59,564 nt of DNA from Clostridia bacterium (GTDB taxonomy: Bacteria > Bacillota > Clostridia > Oscillospirales > CAG-272). The DNA is taken from contig JAFXJH010000047.1 of the NCBI GenBank assembly GCA_017532425.1, positions 1 to 59,564 of the forward strand. Reading direction: 5' to 3'. Under the pieces are notes generated by a model. The model had not been told where the DNA came from, did no database searches, and saw only the letters and a program-made list of their open reading frames with translations. Below are positions 1 through 10,387 of this stretch, one piece after another. The translations under genes were made by a program, and so were the position numbers. Each line of letters starts with the position of its first letter. Position 1 is the stretch's first letter.

Positions 1-357
1 CCGCTCTACAAGAATTTTGACAATGAAGGCGTAAATATATCGGGCGGCGAAGCACAAAAAATTGCTCTTGCACGCGCACTCTATAAGGACGCACCTTTCA
101 TTATTCTTGATGAGCCTACTGCCGCCCTCGATCCCATTGCCGAGGCAGAGATCTATGCTAAGTTTGATGAAATAGTCGGTGATAAGACAGCTATCTACAT
201 TAGCCACCGTCTGTCCTCCTGCCGCTTCTGTGACAAGATCGCCGTATTTGATAACGGTGAGATCGTCCAAGTCGGTTCTCACGAGGAACTGTTAGCCGAT
301 GAAAACGGCAAATACTACGAGCTTTGGACAGCTCAAGCACAATATTATACGAAATAA
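1..357 (+). CDS. ABC transporter ATP-binding protein, C-terminal part (truncated by window edge)
   Basis: Frame 1 reads ...ISGGEAQKIALARALYKDAPFIILDEPTAALD...ISHRLS...YYTK*: signature, Walker B/D-loop and H-switch; stop TAA at 355-357. Confidence 0.92.
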   Translation, partial: PLYKNFDNEGVNISGGEAQKIALARALYKDAPFIILDEPTAALDPIAEAEIYAKFDEIVGDKTAIYISHRLSSCRFCDKIAVFDNGEIVQVGSHEELLADENGKYYELWTAQAQYYTK

Positions 358-359
358 GA

Positions 360-405
360 AAACCGCCGAGAGTAACCGTTTGGTCGCTCTCGGCGGTTTC
401 TCTTT
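360..405 (+). terminator. Rho-independent terminator
   Basis: AAACCGCCGAGAG...CTCTCGGCGGTTT stem followed by TCTCTTT, right after the ABC stop. Confidence 0.8.
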
Positions 406-498
406 GACTTAACCACTCTATGGCGGTTGAAAAATAACGCTTTTTATGCTATAATAAATTATAAGCTGTGCAGATAAACAACGGAGGTGGACTTTGAA

Positions 499-1413
499 AT
501 GAATTTTCCTGCATTTACAGATGACGCATATTGGACAGAAGTCATTGAGCAGTATATTCGGAATAACAATACGCATCCAGGCTGGTATAACATCGAATAC
601 TATATGTGGGAGTATTTTAAGGACTGCTTGAAAAGAAATAATCGTTTTTTCTTTGAGCATCCGCTCCTGCCAGTGCTGGAGTCTGAGTTTAATCGCAACG
701 CATGTACCTTACTACAGGATACAGCGATTTACCGTGCAAGGATAGATTGCGATAGTAAATTGTGGAACGAATGGAATGCTTATTGCAGAATTGATTCAGA
801 ACCCAGGCAAATAAAAGCTCTTGAAAAAAGAGATGTTCCCGCGGCTAAACTTGCAGAACTTTGGAAAAAATATGAGGGTTTCGTTAATTCCGAACAGACC
901 AAGGAAATAAAACAACGTATCGAATCTGGTTTTCAAGGGTTTGATGCGATCGGGAGTTCTGCTCCCCCAAAAGGGAAAGCAAGCGCAGGCCGATGTAACC
1001 CTGAAGGGGTTTCTTATTTGTATGCTGCACTGGAAGAGCATACTGCTATCGCGGAAATAAGACCTTTTATCCGTGACTCCATCAGTGTTGCTGTACTGAA
1101 GCCCGCTCGGGATCTGCGATTGGTAAATTTCGATTTCGAACCAACTGCAGTAGTCAACGGTAGGGACTTTTTGTTTGATGATATCAGAAGAGATTTCGCC
1201 AAAATAAATAAAACGCAAAATTCCGATTACTTTATAACTCAGTTTATTGCATCATTGATCGAGCATATTGGCTATGACGGTCTTTGCTTTAGGAGTTCTC
1301 TCGTCAAGGATGGCACTAACTATGTTATCTTCAATCCATCTGATTGCCCCGCGACAACTTCCAAATTAGTTTATTTATCTGAGGTGAGCTATGTATACGG
1401 GCAATGCAAATGA
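499..1413 (+). CDS. RES-domain protein (NAD+ phosphorylase/ART-like fold)
   Basis: IYRAR, GRCNPEGVSYLYAA...TAIAEIRP, GYDGLCFRSSL..GTNYVIFNP carry the R/E/S motifs; ATG at 499 follows GGAGG (ORF track starts at 487). Confidence 0.85.
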   Translation: MNFPAFTDDAYWTEVIEQYIRNNNTHPGWYNIEYYMWEYFKDCLKRNNRFFFEHPLLPVLESEFNRNACTLLQDTAIYRARIDCDSKLWNEWNAYCRIDSEPRQIKALEKRDVPAAKLAELWKKYEGFVNSEQTKEIKQRIESGFQGFDAIGSSAPPKGKASAGRCNPEGVSYLYAALEEHTAIAEIRPFIRDSISVAVLKPARDLRLVNFDFEPTAVVNGRDFLFDDIRRDFAKINKTQNSDYFITQFIASLIEHIGYDGLCFRSSLVKDGTNYVIFNPSDCPATTSKLVYLSEVSYVYGQCK

Positions 1414-1450
1414 TTGTTTCGAAAACTTACGGTGAGAAAGGATTGATCCA

Positions 1451-2461
1451 ATGAAAACTTCCGATGTGGCGAATGACAATTATATGGAAATGGGGGAGGA
1501 CTGGAAAGCAGAGTTCTTAGAGCTATATATGTCCGGCGATGCGGGGGACTTTGATAAAGCACTGTCTTTGAAACGACTACATATACCTAAAAGGTTATAT
1601 CGTTACCGGACATTAAGCGATGATAGCATAGCTAAATACCGTTTTGGGGAAATAGTTCGAGGCGAATTGTACATGTCGCATCCAAGTGAACTAAACGATC
1701 CTTTCGAGGCAACTTCTAATTTAGCAGCTTTTAACCCCTCTGCATATATGAGGGATAAAGAGGATTTTACGAAATTATTCAAGGATAAAATGAGTGATGA
1801 GGATTACGCAAACGTGTTTGACAGCGATTTTTGGTACGATAATCTTCTCACTTATGTGGCTGAAAAAAGCGTACCCCAGGATAAGGTTGACTCGACAAAA
1901 GAAGCATTATCAAGGGTCATTATGGGAGAATTTGAAAAGATAAATTCTAACGTAAGTGATATGACAAGAAAAATGGTACGACTGGCTTGTTTTACAACCA
2001 CTCCAAATAATCTGCCGATGTGGAATCACTACACCAATGGACACACAGGAGTATGCTTGGAATATAATACAGAGGACATAAAAAATATTTATCAAATAAA
2101 CAAGTTGTTTCCGGTATACTATGTCGATAAAATGCCGGATATGACTGATAGGCTACTACAAAAAATGCGTGCGGAATTTGGGTTTATGGATTATCTTGCT
2201 ATACACAAACTCAAAGACTGGAGGTATGAAAACGAATGGCGACTGATTTATGATGCTGGTTCTTGGTATTTTGGACCGGAGGATATTCCGCAAGATTTTT
2301 GGACACATGGGAAAAGTATCCCGTTCATTCGACCTGCGCGGATAATAATGGGTATGAAAATATCAGAAGAGCACGAAATAAAGATCCGTGAGTATGCAGA
2401 ACTTGCAGGAATTCCTGCAGTTAAAGCAATTCAAACAGAATATGGTTTGAAAATTGATTGA
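1451..2461 (+). CDS. DUF2971 domain-containing protein
   Basis: LYRYR, ELNDPFE, CFTTTPNNLPMWNHYTNGHTGVCLEY and KDWRYENEWRL are typical DUF2971 motifs. Confidence 0.82.
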   Translation: MKTSDVANDNYMEMGEDWKAEFLELYMSGDAGDFDKALSLKRLHIPKRLYRYRTLSDDSIAKYRFGEIVRGELYMSHPSELNDPFEATSNLAAFNPSAYMRDKEDFTKLFKDKMSDEDYANVFDSDFWYDNLLTYVAEKSVPQDKVDSTKEALSRVIMGEFEKINSNVSDMTRKMVRLACFTTTPNNLPMWNHYTNGHTGVCLEYNTEDIKNIYQINKLFPVYYVDKMPDMTDRLLQKMRAEFGFMDYLAIHKLKDWRYENEWRLIYDAGSWYFGPEDIPQDFWTHGKSIPFIRPARIIMGMKISEEHEIKIREYAELAGIPAVKAIQTEYGLKID

Positions 2462-2619
2462 AAATTGTAAAGTTGTTTTAGGCAGTCCCTAATACAACAA
2501 ATGACCTGCTTGGGAATGGCTCGAAAAACTTAAAATATCTAAACTGTGTCATTTCGTCAAGAAAACAATTTTCTTTGTTTACAGCGATGAATTATTTACG
2601 CCATGTGCACAATTGAAAA

Positions 2620-2656
2620 GCAAAACACCACGGATTTTTCTTCCGTGGTGTTTTGC
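2620..2656. terminator. Terminator hairpin between convergent genes
   Basis: GCAAAACACCACGGA / TCCGTGGTGTTTTGC perfect 15-bp stem. Confidence 0.75.
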
Positions 2657-2728
2657 CGTAAGAGCTGCTTATTCGGTTGTTATTATTTTCCCGCTAATTT
2701 TGCACGCCCTACGAGCTACTCTTTTTTA

Positions 2729-3976
2729 TTATATATTATCCTTAGCGATAAATCCGTAGCATTCGTATATCGCTTTTCCGTCGATATAATGCTTTTTCAG
2801 CTCACGCTCAAGCGTACTGTTTTCGGGGAGCGCGTTATAATCGACGTTATTTACGTCCGGCTGAAGGAAAACGAAAGAAAATACCGCTCTTCCCGCGCTT
2901 CTCTGCCCTATTTTCGAGAATCTTTCGCAGAATTTTGATATATTTTTGTTTTCTCCGATCATATCGGAAAGCATATCGTCCATAAGCCAGCTGCTGCAAA
3001 CGAAGGCTTTATAATCAAAATCGGGAAAATATTTCGCGAGAAATTCCTTTGAATCGGCAAAGCATTTATCTATCGCTTCGTCTGTAAAGCCGCCTCCTGC
3101 GGGGATATGAAGAGAAACCACGGGGTCGCCCGGCTCTATTATCCTTCTCCACTCGTCCTTTGCAAGTCTTATTTTGCCCTTGCTGACCACTCCGCGGCGG
3201 ATATAAGGATATCCCGCACAGAAAAGCTCGTCCTCCGTGACAGATGCCTCCCACGCGCCCTCTTCGTCCTTATAGTGTGCCGAACCGAGGATATATCCTT
3301 CTCTGTGGACACGCACATTATTTGCAAGAGCGATGACCTCTCCTTTGCTGTTTTCATAAACTATCGCATTTTGAGTGAATTTTGCAAATATTTCTATCTC
3401 AAGTCTGCCTATTCTATAAATTTTTGCATCTATACCGAGCTGATACCACTCCCACGACATCGCGCCCGATCGTCCGTTATTTCTCGACTTGAAATTGCGC
3501 ACCATTCCTTCGAGATGCCTCATACCGTAATCAATATGCTCCTGCGGAAGAGAGCGCGCTGTATAAAGAGAATGCTGATACTGTGCAGCAGAAGCCATTG
3601 CAAGCGCGGTGAGCATATCGTATTTTATCGAGTATCCGCCGTCTTGGCTGTGCGGAAGCTCAAGCTCTCTTATATCGCTCGCTATATTTTTTCTATCCTT
3701 CAGCGACTCGCATATAAGCATCAGTACGCGGCAAAGAGAATCGTCCTCTTTAACAGCCGCCGCTCCTGCCTTGTAGTCCTCAAGAAAATTCGGGAGCATA
3801 TTATATTTTTCCGCAAGGCCATCGTAATAGCTCGGTTCTGCAAACGGACAGCCGTTTTTCTCGTATTCATCCATTACCCTATCGTAAAAGCTTTCCCAGC
3901 GTGCCGGCCATCTTTTCGAGTTGACCGAGTGCATAAGCGCTTCGAGCGTAGGTCTTGTGTTATTCAAATTTGTCAC
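2729..3976 (-). CDS. Acyltransferase-domain protein (GNAT-like; DUF5596/GNAT_C type)
   Basis: YRIGRLEIE, LHIPAGGGF, FVCSSWLMD and ENSTLERELK resemble this family. Confidence 0.7.
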   Translation of the reverse strand: MTNLNNTRPTLEALMHSVNSKRWPARWESFYDRVMDEYEKNGCPFAEPSYYDGLAEKYNMLPNFLEDYKAGAAAVKEDDSLCRVLMLICESLKDRKNIASDIRELELPHSQDGGYSIKYDMLTALAMASAAQYQHSLYTARSLPQEHIDYGMRHLEGMVRNFKSRNNGRSGAMSWEWYQLGIDAKIYRIGRLEIEIFAKFTQNAIVYENSKGEVIALANNVRVHREGYILGSAHYKDEEGAWEASVTEDELFCAGYPYIRRGVVSKGKIRLAKDEWRRIIEPGDPVVSLHIPAGGGFTDEAIDKCFADSKEFLAKYFPDFDYKAFVCSSWLMDDMLSDMIGENKNISKFCERFSKIGQRSAGRAVFSFVFLQPDVNNVDYNALPENSTLERELKKHYIDGKAIYECYGFIAKDNI

Positions 3977-4007
3977 CGTCCTTTTAAATTCAAGTGCCGT
4001 TAGGTTG

Positions 4008-4035
4008 ATTATATCAAATAAAATGTATTTGTCAA
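4008..4035 (-). promoter_or_regulatory. Sigma-A promoter of the acyltransferase gene
   Basis: TTGACA-N16-TATAAT on the minus strand. Confidence 0.6.
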
Positions 4036-4059
4036 TAAAATATTAATTGTTTTCTTTAA

Positions 4060-4450
4060 GAAAAGTTTTTGGAAAGGTGTCGGAAAACCTTTTTAAAAGT
4101 TTCTTGGAACTTCAAAAACTTTACTAAAAATAAGTTTCTTCTTTTCTCTTTTAAGCAAAGTTTTTGGGAAGGTGTCGGAAACCCTTTTTTCAAAAAGGGC
4201 ACAAAAACGTTAATTCAGCAGTAATAAAAAAACGAATCACAAAACAAAAAATTATATTTTACCCTTTTAGTAAAGTTTTTGGAAAGGTGTCGGAAACCCT
4301 TTTTTAAAAGTTTCTTGGAACTTCAAAAACCTTACTAAAAATAAGTTTCTTCTTTTCTCTTTTAAGCAAAGTTTTTGGGAAGGTGTCGGAAACCCTTTTT
4401 TCAAAAAGGGTTTCTGACGAAAGGTTTTCTGACGAAAGGTTTCTGACGAA
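4060..4450. repeat. Cluster of AAAGTTTTTG-tagged palindromic repeats; ~138-bp unit duplicated; (TTTCTGACGAAAGG)x3
   Basis: 4062-4199 is nearly identical to 4272-4410; AACCCTTTTTTCAAAAAGGGTT hairpins. Confidence 0.9.
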
Positions 4451-4502
4451 AAAAGCGTGACACCCTAAAATAAGAGTATCACGCCAAAATAATGTTTTTT
4501 GA

Positions 4503-5468
4503 TTATCTTTCTTCTCTGAAGTAGGAAAGTCCGAGAGCCGCAGGCGGCTGATTTTCCTTCTTATCACGTATGCTCGTAACTATAAGCACGATTATCGTTA
4601 CCACATAGGGAAGCATCTTGAGAAGGGGTACCGTTTCCATCTTCTGAAGGAAGGAAAGCGGTATAATGATCGGAATAAACGCACCTGCTATGAAGAGCGC
4701 ACCGAATACTATCGAGCCAAAAATACTGATATGAGGTCTCCAGAGCGCGAATATAACGAGCGCGATAGCAAGCCATCCGAGCGCCTCTACGCTGAGATAA
4801 GCTTCCTGCGAGCCGGCATAGTCCATAACGTAGCAGAGTCCGCCGAGACCTGCGATTCCGCTTCCTATGCAGGTTGCCACGTACTTATATGCCGTAACGT
4901 TTATACCAACCGCGTCCGCTGTAGCGGGGTTTTCTCCAACTGCGCGGAGATTAAGTCCTACCTTTGTGCGGAAGAGCACCCATGACGCTATAAGAGCTAT
5001 TATAATAGCAAGGAATACCATAACGCCGCAATATTTAAGTGCATTGTCCTGCGATGCAAAGGGAAAACGGAAGGCTTTGAGCGCTCTGAGGTAAGGAATA
5101 GCGTTTCCGTCTCTGAGGTCAAATATTATGAACTTCATAACGCCTACGCCGAACGTAGTAAGAGCAAGTCCTGTAACGTTCTGATTTGCGTGCAGAGTTA
5201 CTGCAAGGAAGCTGTATATAAGTCCCATAAGAGCCGCGCCCACAAACGACGCGAGTATGCCTATCACAACGAGGAAAAATCCGTTCGTCATACCTGCCAT
5301 TATCGTGTGATGGAGAGCAAAGCATCCGCTTGCCGCGCCTACGCACATAATTCCGGGTATACCGAGGTTGAGGTGTCCTGCTTTTTCAGTGATTATTTCA
5401 CCTGTAGAACCGTAAAGAAAGGTCATTCCAAGTGCCAATGCACTCAGCAAATATTCAAAAATTATCAT
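4503..5468 (-). CDS. Nucleoside/purine ABC transporter permease
   Basis: Hydrophobic; EKAGHLNLGIPG and GLNLRAVGENPATADAVGINV; follows BMP lipoprotein and ATPase. Confidence 0.9.
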   Translation of the reverse strand: MIIFEYLLSALALGMTFLYGSTGEIITEKAGHLNLGIPGIMCVGAASGCFALHHTIMAGMTNGFFLVVIGILASFVGAALMGLIYSFLAVTLHANQNVTGLALTTFGVGVMKFIIFDLRDGNAIPYLRALKAFRFPFASQDNALKYCGVMVFLAIIIALIASWVLFRTKVGLNLRAVGENPATADAVGINVTAYKYVATCIGSGIAGLGGLCYVMDYAGSQEAYLSVEALGWLAIALVIFALWRPHISIFGSIVFGALFIAGAFIPIIIPLSFLQKMETVPLLKMLPYVVTIIVLIVTSIRDKKENQPPAALGLSYFREER

Positions 5469-6556
5469 TATTTTACCTCCCTTTTACGGAATATTATCTT
5501 GTAGTTGATGAAGAATTCGCATCCTATAATGAAGAAAAGAACGATACCCGTAACGATACTCGGGAAAGCATCGTTGATGTTGAATACTGTTACTATTCTG
5601 TCTGCACCGTTTTCAAGGAAAACGATAAGAAGAGATGTGAGTATCATAGTAAACGGATTGAACTTTCCGAGCCAGGATACCATAATAGCTGTAAATCCGA
5701 GACCGCCCGCACTTGCTGTCGTTACCGAGTGGTCAAGCGCGCCAACTATCAGAAATCCCGCAAGTCCGCAAAGCGCACCCGAAACTATCATTGTTCTGAT
5801 AATAACCTTTTTTACGTTGATTCCGATATATTTTGCCGTATTTTCACTTTCACCGACGACTGCTATCTCGTAGCCGTGCTTGCTGTACTTAAGATAAATA
5901 TACATAGCAACCGTAAGAAGAAGCACGATGATTATGAGAAGAAGGTATTCGTTATTCATCAGCTTGGGCAGATGACCTTCGTTGAGCATACCGAGTGTGC
6001 TCGAACCGCTCGGAGTCCATTTGAGAAGATAGTATGCAACGAGATTTGTCGCAACGTAGTTCATCATAAGGGTGAAAAGTGTTTCGTTTGTATTCCACTT
6101 TGCCTTGAAGAGCGCGGGAATCAGAGCCCAGAGCGCACTTGCAACCAAAGCCGCAACGAGCATAATGATCAAAAGCAGCCAGTTCGGAAGCCCTTTTCCG
6201 AGGTAGTATATACAAGCAACACTTGCAAGACATCCGATAAGTGTCTGTCCCTCTGCACCGATATTCCAAAAGCGCATCTTAAACGCAGGAGTAACAGCAA
6301 GTGAGATACAAAGAAGAAGCGCAAGGTCTTTAGCAAGCTTCCATATTCTTCTCTGTGTACCGAACGCACCCTCGAAGAGAGTGAGGTAAAGCTTCAGCGG
6401 ATTTGCTCCGATAAGAAGATATGACATAAGTCCGCTGAAAAGAAGGGCTGCAACGATCGCAATAACACGGACAAGAATTGCTTTCTGCCATGACATTGAG
6501 TCGCGTCTGATAACACGAGCAAAAGGCTCTTTGATATGCTTTTCCGCCTTATTCAT
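5468..6556 (-). CDS. Nucleoside/purine ABC transporter permease
   Basis: FWNIGAEGQ and GYEIAVVGESENTAKYIGIN motifs. Confidence 0.9.
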   Translation of the reverse strand: MNKAEKHIKEPFARVIRRDSMSWQKAILVRVIAIVAALLFSGLMSYLLIGANPLKLYLTLFEGAFGTQRRIWKLAKDLALLLCISLAVTPAFKMRFWNIGAEGQTLIGCLASVACIYYLGKGLPNWLLLIIMLVAALVASALWALIPALFKAKWNTNETLFTLMMNYVATNLVAYYLLKWTPSGSSTLGMLNEGHLPKLMNNEYLLLIIIVLLLTVAMYIYLKYSKHGYEIAVVGESENTAKYIGINVKKVIIRTMIVSGALCGLAGFLIVGALDHSVTTASAGGLGFTAIMVSWLGKFNPFTMILTSLLIVFLENGADRIVTVFNINDAFPSIVTGIVLFFIIGCEFFINYKIIFRKREVK

Positions 6557-8126
6557 TGCTTTCTCCCTCCGTTTCCTTGTTTTTCTCTGTTTTATCCTCG
6601 GAAACCGACGTATCCTTTGTCATCATAATACCGATCTCCTCACGCTTAGCGAGACGTCCTTCGACCTCACCCGTGATCTTACCCGAGTTCATAACGATAA
6701 TCCTGTCGCAAAGCTCGATAAGAACGTCAAGGTCTTCTCCGACGAATATTACCGCAACCCCGTTTTCCTTCTGCTTGTTGAGCAGATTATATATCGTATA
6801 CGAGGAGTTTATATCAAGTCCTCTTACGGGATATGCCGCCATAAGAACTGTGGGAGCCGTCGATATTTCACGTCCTACGAGCACCTTCTGAACGTTACCT
6901 CCCGAAAGGCGTCTTACCGGAGTATCAACGCCCGGAGTTACGACCTCAAGGTCCTCAATTATATGCTTTGCAAGGTCTCTCGGCTTCTTTCTGTCAACGA
7001 ATGCCGAATGTCCCTTTCCGTAGCTGCGGAGCATCATATTGTCGGTAATATCCATATTTCCGACAAGTCCCATTCCGAGTCTGTCCTCAGGCACGAAGGA
7101 AAGACGAACGCCGAGATCTCTTATCTGAAGGGGATTCTTATCGCGGAGATTCTCTTCATTTCCGTTCTTCGGGTCGTGATAAACGATCTCACCGCTATCG
7201 AGATGGTAAAGTCCCGCAATAGACTCGAGAAGTTCACGCTGACCGCTTCCCGCGATACCCGCTATACCGAGTATCTCGCCTGCACGCGCGGTAAAGGAAA
7301 TATCGTCTATCACCTTGACGCCGTCGGCATTTGTACTGTTTATATGTGAAACGCAAAGACGGTCGCATACGTTCTGCGGCTCTGAGCGTTTTATATTCAA
7401 GGTTACCTTTTTACCTATCATCATTTCGGTAAGCTCGGACTCGTTTGTCTCTGCTGTATTTACCGTAGCGATATGCTCACCCTTTCGAAGGACGGCAACT
7501 CTATCCGAAATAGAGAGCACTTCATTCATCTTATGGGTGATAATAATGATAGATTTTCCGCTGTCTCTCATACGTCTGAGAACGCTGAAGAGTCTATCCG
7601 TTTCCTGAGGAGCAAGCACTGCTGTGGGCTCGTCAAGGATAAGGATATCTGCTCCGCGGTAGAGCACCTTTATTATTTCAACGGTCTGCTTTTCGGAGAC
7701 CGCCATTTCGTGTATCTTCTTTTTGGGATCGAGATGAAATCCGTAAAGCTCGGTTATCTCGGACACCTTCTTATGGACGTCGGCAAGCTTATATTTCCCT
7801 CTGTCCTTCATACCGAGTATGATATTTTCACTTGCAGAGAAAACGTCAACAAGTTTGAAATGCTGATGTATCATTCCGATACCGTACTTAAATGCGTCCT
7901 TAGGAGATCTTATATTTGCCACTTCTCCGTTCACACGTATTTCTCCCTCGTCGGGATAGTATATACCGGATATCATATTCATAAGAGTGGTTTTTCCACT
8001 TCCGTTTTCGCCGAGCAGCGCAAGAATCTCCCCTTTTCTCAGTGAAAGATCGACATCCTTATTTGCAACGACGCTTCCAAAGGTCTTCGTGACCTTATGC
8101 AGTTCAAGTGCAAGCTGTGTATTCAC
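6549..8126 (-). CDS. Nucleoside ABC transporter ATP-binding protein (two NBDs)
   Basis: GENGSGKTT, ILILDEPT, LSGGNVQK. Confidence 0.93.
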   Translation of the reverse strand: MNTQLALELHKVTKTFGSVVANKDVDLSLRKGEILALLGENGSGKTTLMNMISGIYYPDEGEIRVNGEVANIRSPKDAFKYGIGMIHQHFKLVDVFSASENIILGMKDRGKYKLADVHKKVSEITELYGFHLDPKKKIHEMAVSEKQTVEIIKVLYRGADILILDEPTAVLAPQETDRLFSVLRRMRDSGKSIIIITHKMNEVLSISDRVAVLRKGEHIATVNTAETNESELTEMMIGKKVTLNIKRSEPQNVCDRLCVSHINSTNADGVKVIDDISFTARAGEILGIAGIAGSGQRELLESIAGLYHLDSGEIVYHDPKNGNEENLRDKNPLQIRDLGVRLSFVPEDRLGMGLVGNMDITDNMMLRSYGKGHSAFVDRKKPRDLAKHIIEDLEVVTPGVDTPVRRLSGGNVQKVLVGREISTAPTVLMAAYPVRGLDINSSYTIYNLLNKQKENGVAVIFVGEDLDVLIELCDRIIVMNSGKITGEVEGRLAKREEIGIMMTKDTSVSEDKTEKNKETEGESNE

Positions 8127-8177
8127 AGTGTTTCCTCCGATTGTTTTATTTCCGGGACCATTACCCTAAAAGAGCCA

Positions 8178-8203
8178 TTGGGCGGAGCGATGCTCCGCCC
8201 AAA
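8178..8203 (-). terminator. Intra-operon hairpin after the BMP gene
   Basis: TTGGGCGGAGC-GAT-GCTCCGCCCAA. Confidence 0.55.
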
Positions 8204-8230
8204 AGCGTAGAATTTACAAACTGATTATAA

Positions 8231-9436
8231 TTAATATTCCTCGTTTAAGAGCTTGATACCGTCGATTCTGAGATCGAAGTAAGGAGCGCTACGGTATTCG
8301 GATTCGTGGAAGTAGCCATCCTTAATAACTTCTGTATCAGCTGTGTAGTCCTTATCTGTATCAACGTCAGCCTTGTAGGAATCGAGCTTTTTGCCGCCTA
8401 CTGTGAATGTATCTGTGTCGAATACGTGAAGAGTACCGTCAAGAAGCTTACCCTTAACTTCAGCGATCTTTTCAACTGTTCCTTCAGCTGCAGCCTTTGT
8501 ATTTACGTCTGTAAGTACAACAGAGCCTGTGCTGATTGTACCTGTCCAGTCAACGTCGATAGCTTCGCCGTTCATTGTCTGCTCGCAGATATACTTGATA
8601 TAAGGAGCCCAGTCGATTCTGGAAGAAACGATGAATGTGTTGGGGCAAGTGGAAACTGTGCTTCCGTTGTAGGAAACGTTGGGAATACCCTTTTCTTCAC
8701 ATACTGTGGGAGCACCCATAGAGTCAGCGTGCTGGCTGATGAGGTGGCAACCGTTGTTGATAAGAGCGAGAGCTGTTGTCTTTTCAGCTGTTTCGTCATA
8801 CCAAGAGCCTGTGAACTGAACTTCCATAATTACGTCAGGGCAAACAGACTTTGCGCCGAGGTAGAAGGATGTATAACCGGAGATAACTTCTGCGTATGTG
8901 AACGCACCAACGTAACCCATCTTAGGTGTTGTGCCTTCGGGAATTGTTCCGTTAGCGATGAGCTCGTTGAGCTTCATTCCTGCTGCAACGCCTGCAAGGA
9001 ATCTACCTTCGTAGATAGAAGCGAAAGCGTTGTGGAAGTTGTCAAGACCTTCTGTGTGAGCCTTAGTACCTGTTGCGTGGCAGAACTGAACATCCTTGAA
9101 TTCCTTAGCTGCCTTGATAAGGAAATCTTCGTGGCCGAAGGAGTCAGCGAAGATAACGTCGCAGCCTTCGTCAACGAGGTCGCATGCTGCTTCATAGCAT
9201 TCGTTGGATTCGGGGATACCCTTCTTGTAGATAACCTGGCTTTCCTCGAGACCGAGAGCTTCAGCAGCGGCATTGATACCGTTCATGAAGTTGAGGTCGT
9301 AGGTGGAGAATTCATCGTGAAGAAGAATTACACCGAGCTTGAATTCGTCTTCGCCTTCAGAGCAGGATGTGAAAGCAAGTCCGAGAGAAAGGACCATAAC
9401 TGCTGCGAGAACGAGAGATAAAACTTTCTTGAACAT
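8231..9436 (-). CDS. BMP-family ABC substrate-binding lipoprotein
   Basis: Lipobox FTSC; FADSFGH, YEGRFLAGVAAG, SQHADS. Confidence 0.9.
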   Translation of the reverse strand: MFKKVLSLVLAAVMVLSLGLAFTSCSEGEDEFKLGVILLHDEFSTYDLNFMNGINAAAEALGLEESQVIYKKGIPESNECYEAACDLVDEGCDVIFADSFGHEDFLIKAAKEFKDVQFCHATGTKAHTEGLDNFHNAFASIYEGRFLAGVAAGMKLNELIANGTIPEGTTPKMGYVGAFTYAEVISGYTSFYLGAKSVCPDVIMEVQFTGSWYDETAEKTTALALINNGCHLISQHADSMGAPTVCEEKGIPNVSYNGSTVSTCPNTFIVSSRIDWAPYIKYICEQTMNGEAIDVDWTGTISTGSVVLTDVNTKAAAEGTVEKIAEVKGKLLDGTLHVFDTDTFTVGGKKLDSYKADVDTDKDYTADTEVIKDGYFHESEYRSAPYFDLRIDGIKLLNEEY

Positions 9437-9511
9437 TTTTTTAGTTCCTCCAAAAAATATTTTTTATAAATCAGCGGATCTATTCCGTTAATTTCATTTT
9501 ACAGGCAGATA

Positions 9512-10093
9512 TTATCTGCAAAAGGTGATGCCGTTTTCGTCAAGAGATGCGATCTTTGCAAGAGATTCAACTCTGATGCCGCGCTCTCTTATTATATTTC
9601 CGCCACCCTGATATTCCTTTTCAATAAGGATACCGGCACCTACAAGGGTCGCCCCCGCCTGGTTAACAATATCGATAAGTCCCTCAAGCGCGCTTCCCTT
9701 TGCAAGGAAATCGTCTATTATAAGGACTCGATCTGTCGGGAGAAGATAATCCTGCGAAACGAAAACGTTACTGTCGTTGCCGTGCGTATATGAATGCACC
9801 TTAGAAGAATAAACACGCCCGGTAACATTAGCCGACTTCGCTTTTTTTGCAAAAAGAACCGGCACTCCGAATCCGAGCGCAGTAATACAGGCGATACCGA
9901 TACCGGACGCCTCTATAGTTAATATTTTCGTTACGTTACAGTCTCCGAAAAGACGGTAAAACTCCTTACCGCATTCGTTTATAAATTCAACATCAATAAG
10001 ATGATTTACAAAATTATCTACCTTTAAAATGTCACCCGGCGCGGTCTTTCCGTCGGTAAGAATTCTTTTTTCGAGAAGCTCCAAAAAAGTCAC
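9512..10093 (-). CDS. xpt: Xanthine phosphoribosyltransferase
   Basis: ILKVDNFVNH, TIEASGI, VLIIDDFLAKG PRPP loop. Confidence 0.92.
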   Translation of the reverse strand: MTFLELLEKRILTDGKTAPGDILKVDNFVNHLIDVEFINECGKEFYRLFGDCNVTKILTIEASGIGIACITALGFGVPVLFAKKAKSANVTGRVYSSKVHSYTHGNDSNVFVSQDYLLPTDRVLIIDDFLAKGSALEGLIDIVNQAGATLVGAGILIEKEYQGGGNIIRERGIRVESLAKIASLDENGITFCR

Positions 10094-10116
10094 ACACCTT
10101 TCAAAAACATATAGTT

Positions 10117-10145
10117 ATTATACAAGATACCGTCGAAAAAATCAA
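10117..10145 (-). promoter_or_regulatory. Sigma-A promoter of the xpt-ABC operon
   Basis: TTGATT-N17-TATAAT with TG extension; short leader. Confidence 0.6.
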
Positions 10146-10387
10146 GATATTTTTTAAAATTACAACTTTTTGTCTGAAAAAACGGCAATTTATACAGCAA
10201 ATCACCTAAAAAATGAATTTAATAGGTGATTTTGTAACATTTCATACATATATTTTTCATTCAAAGTGCCGCTTAATGCGCTATTTATATTCCTTTTACT
10301 GTTGACTTTTAGGCAATAAAGTGGTAATATACTCTTACCTGATATTTAAAAGTCAATTTTTTCCCTAGAAAGGACACCTGCAAATAT

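Noticed and set aside
2657-2728. tRNA fragment or att site at the edge of the RES/DUF2971 cassette
   Set aside because: No cloverleaf, CCA end, direct-repeat partner or integrase in the window
10094-10145. Purine riboswitch upstream of xpt
   Set aside because: The predicted promoter leaves under 25 nt of leader and no aptamer motif is visible
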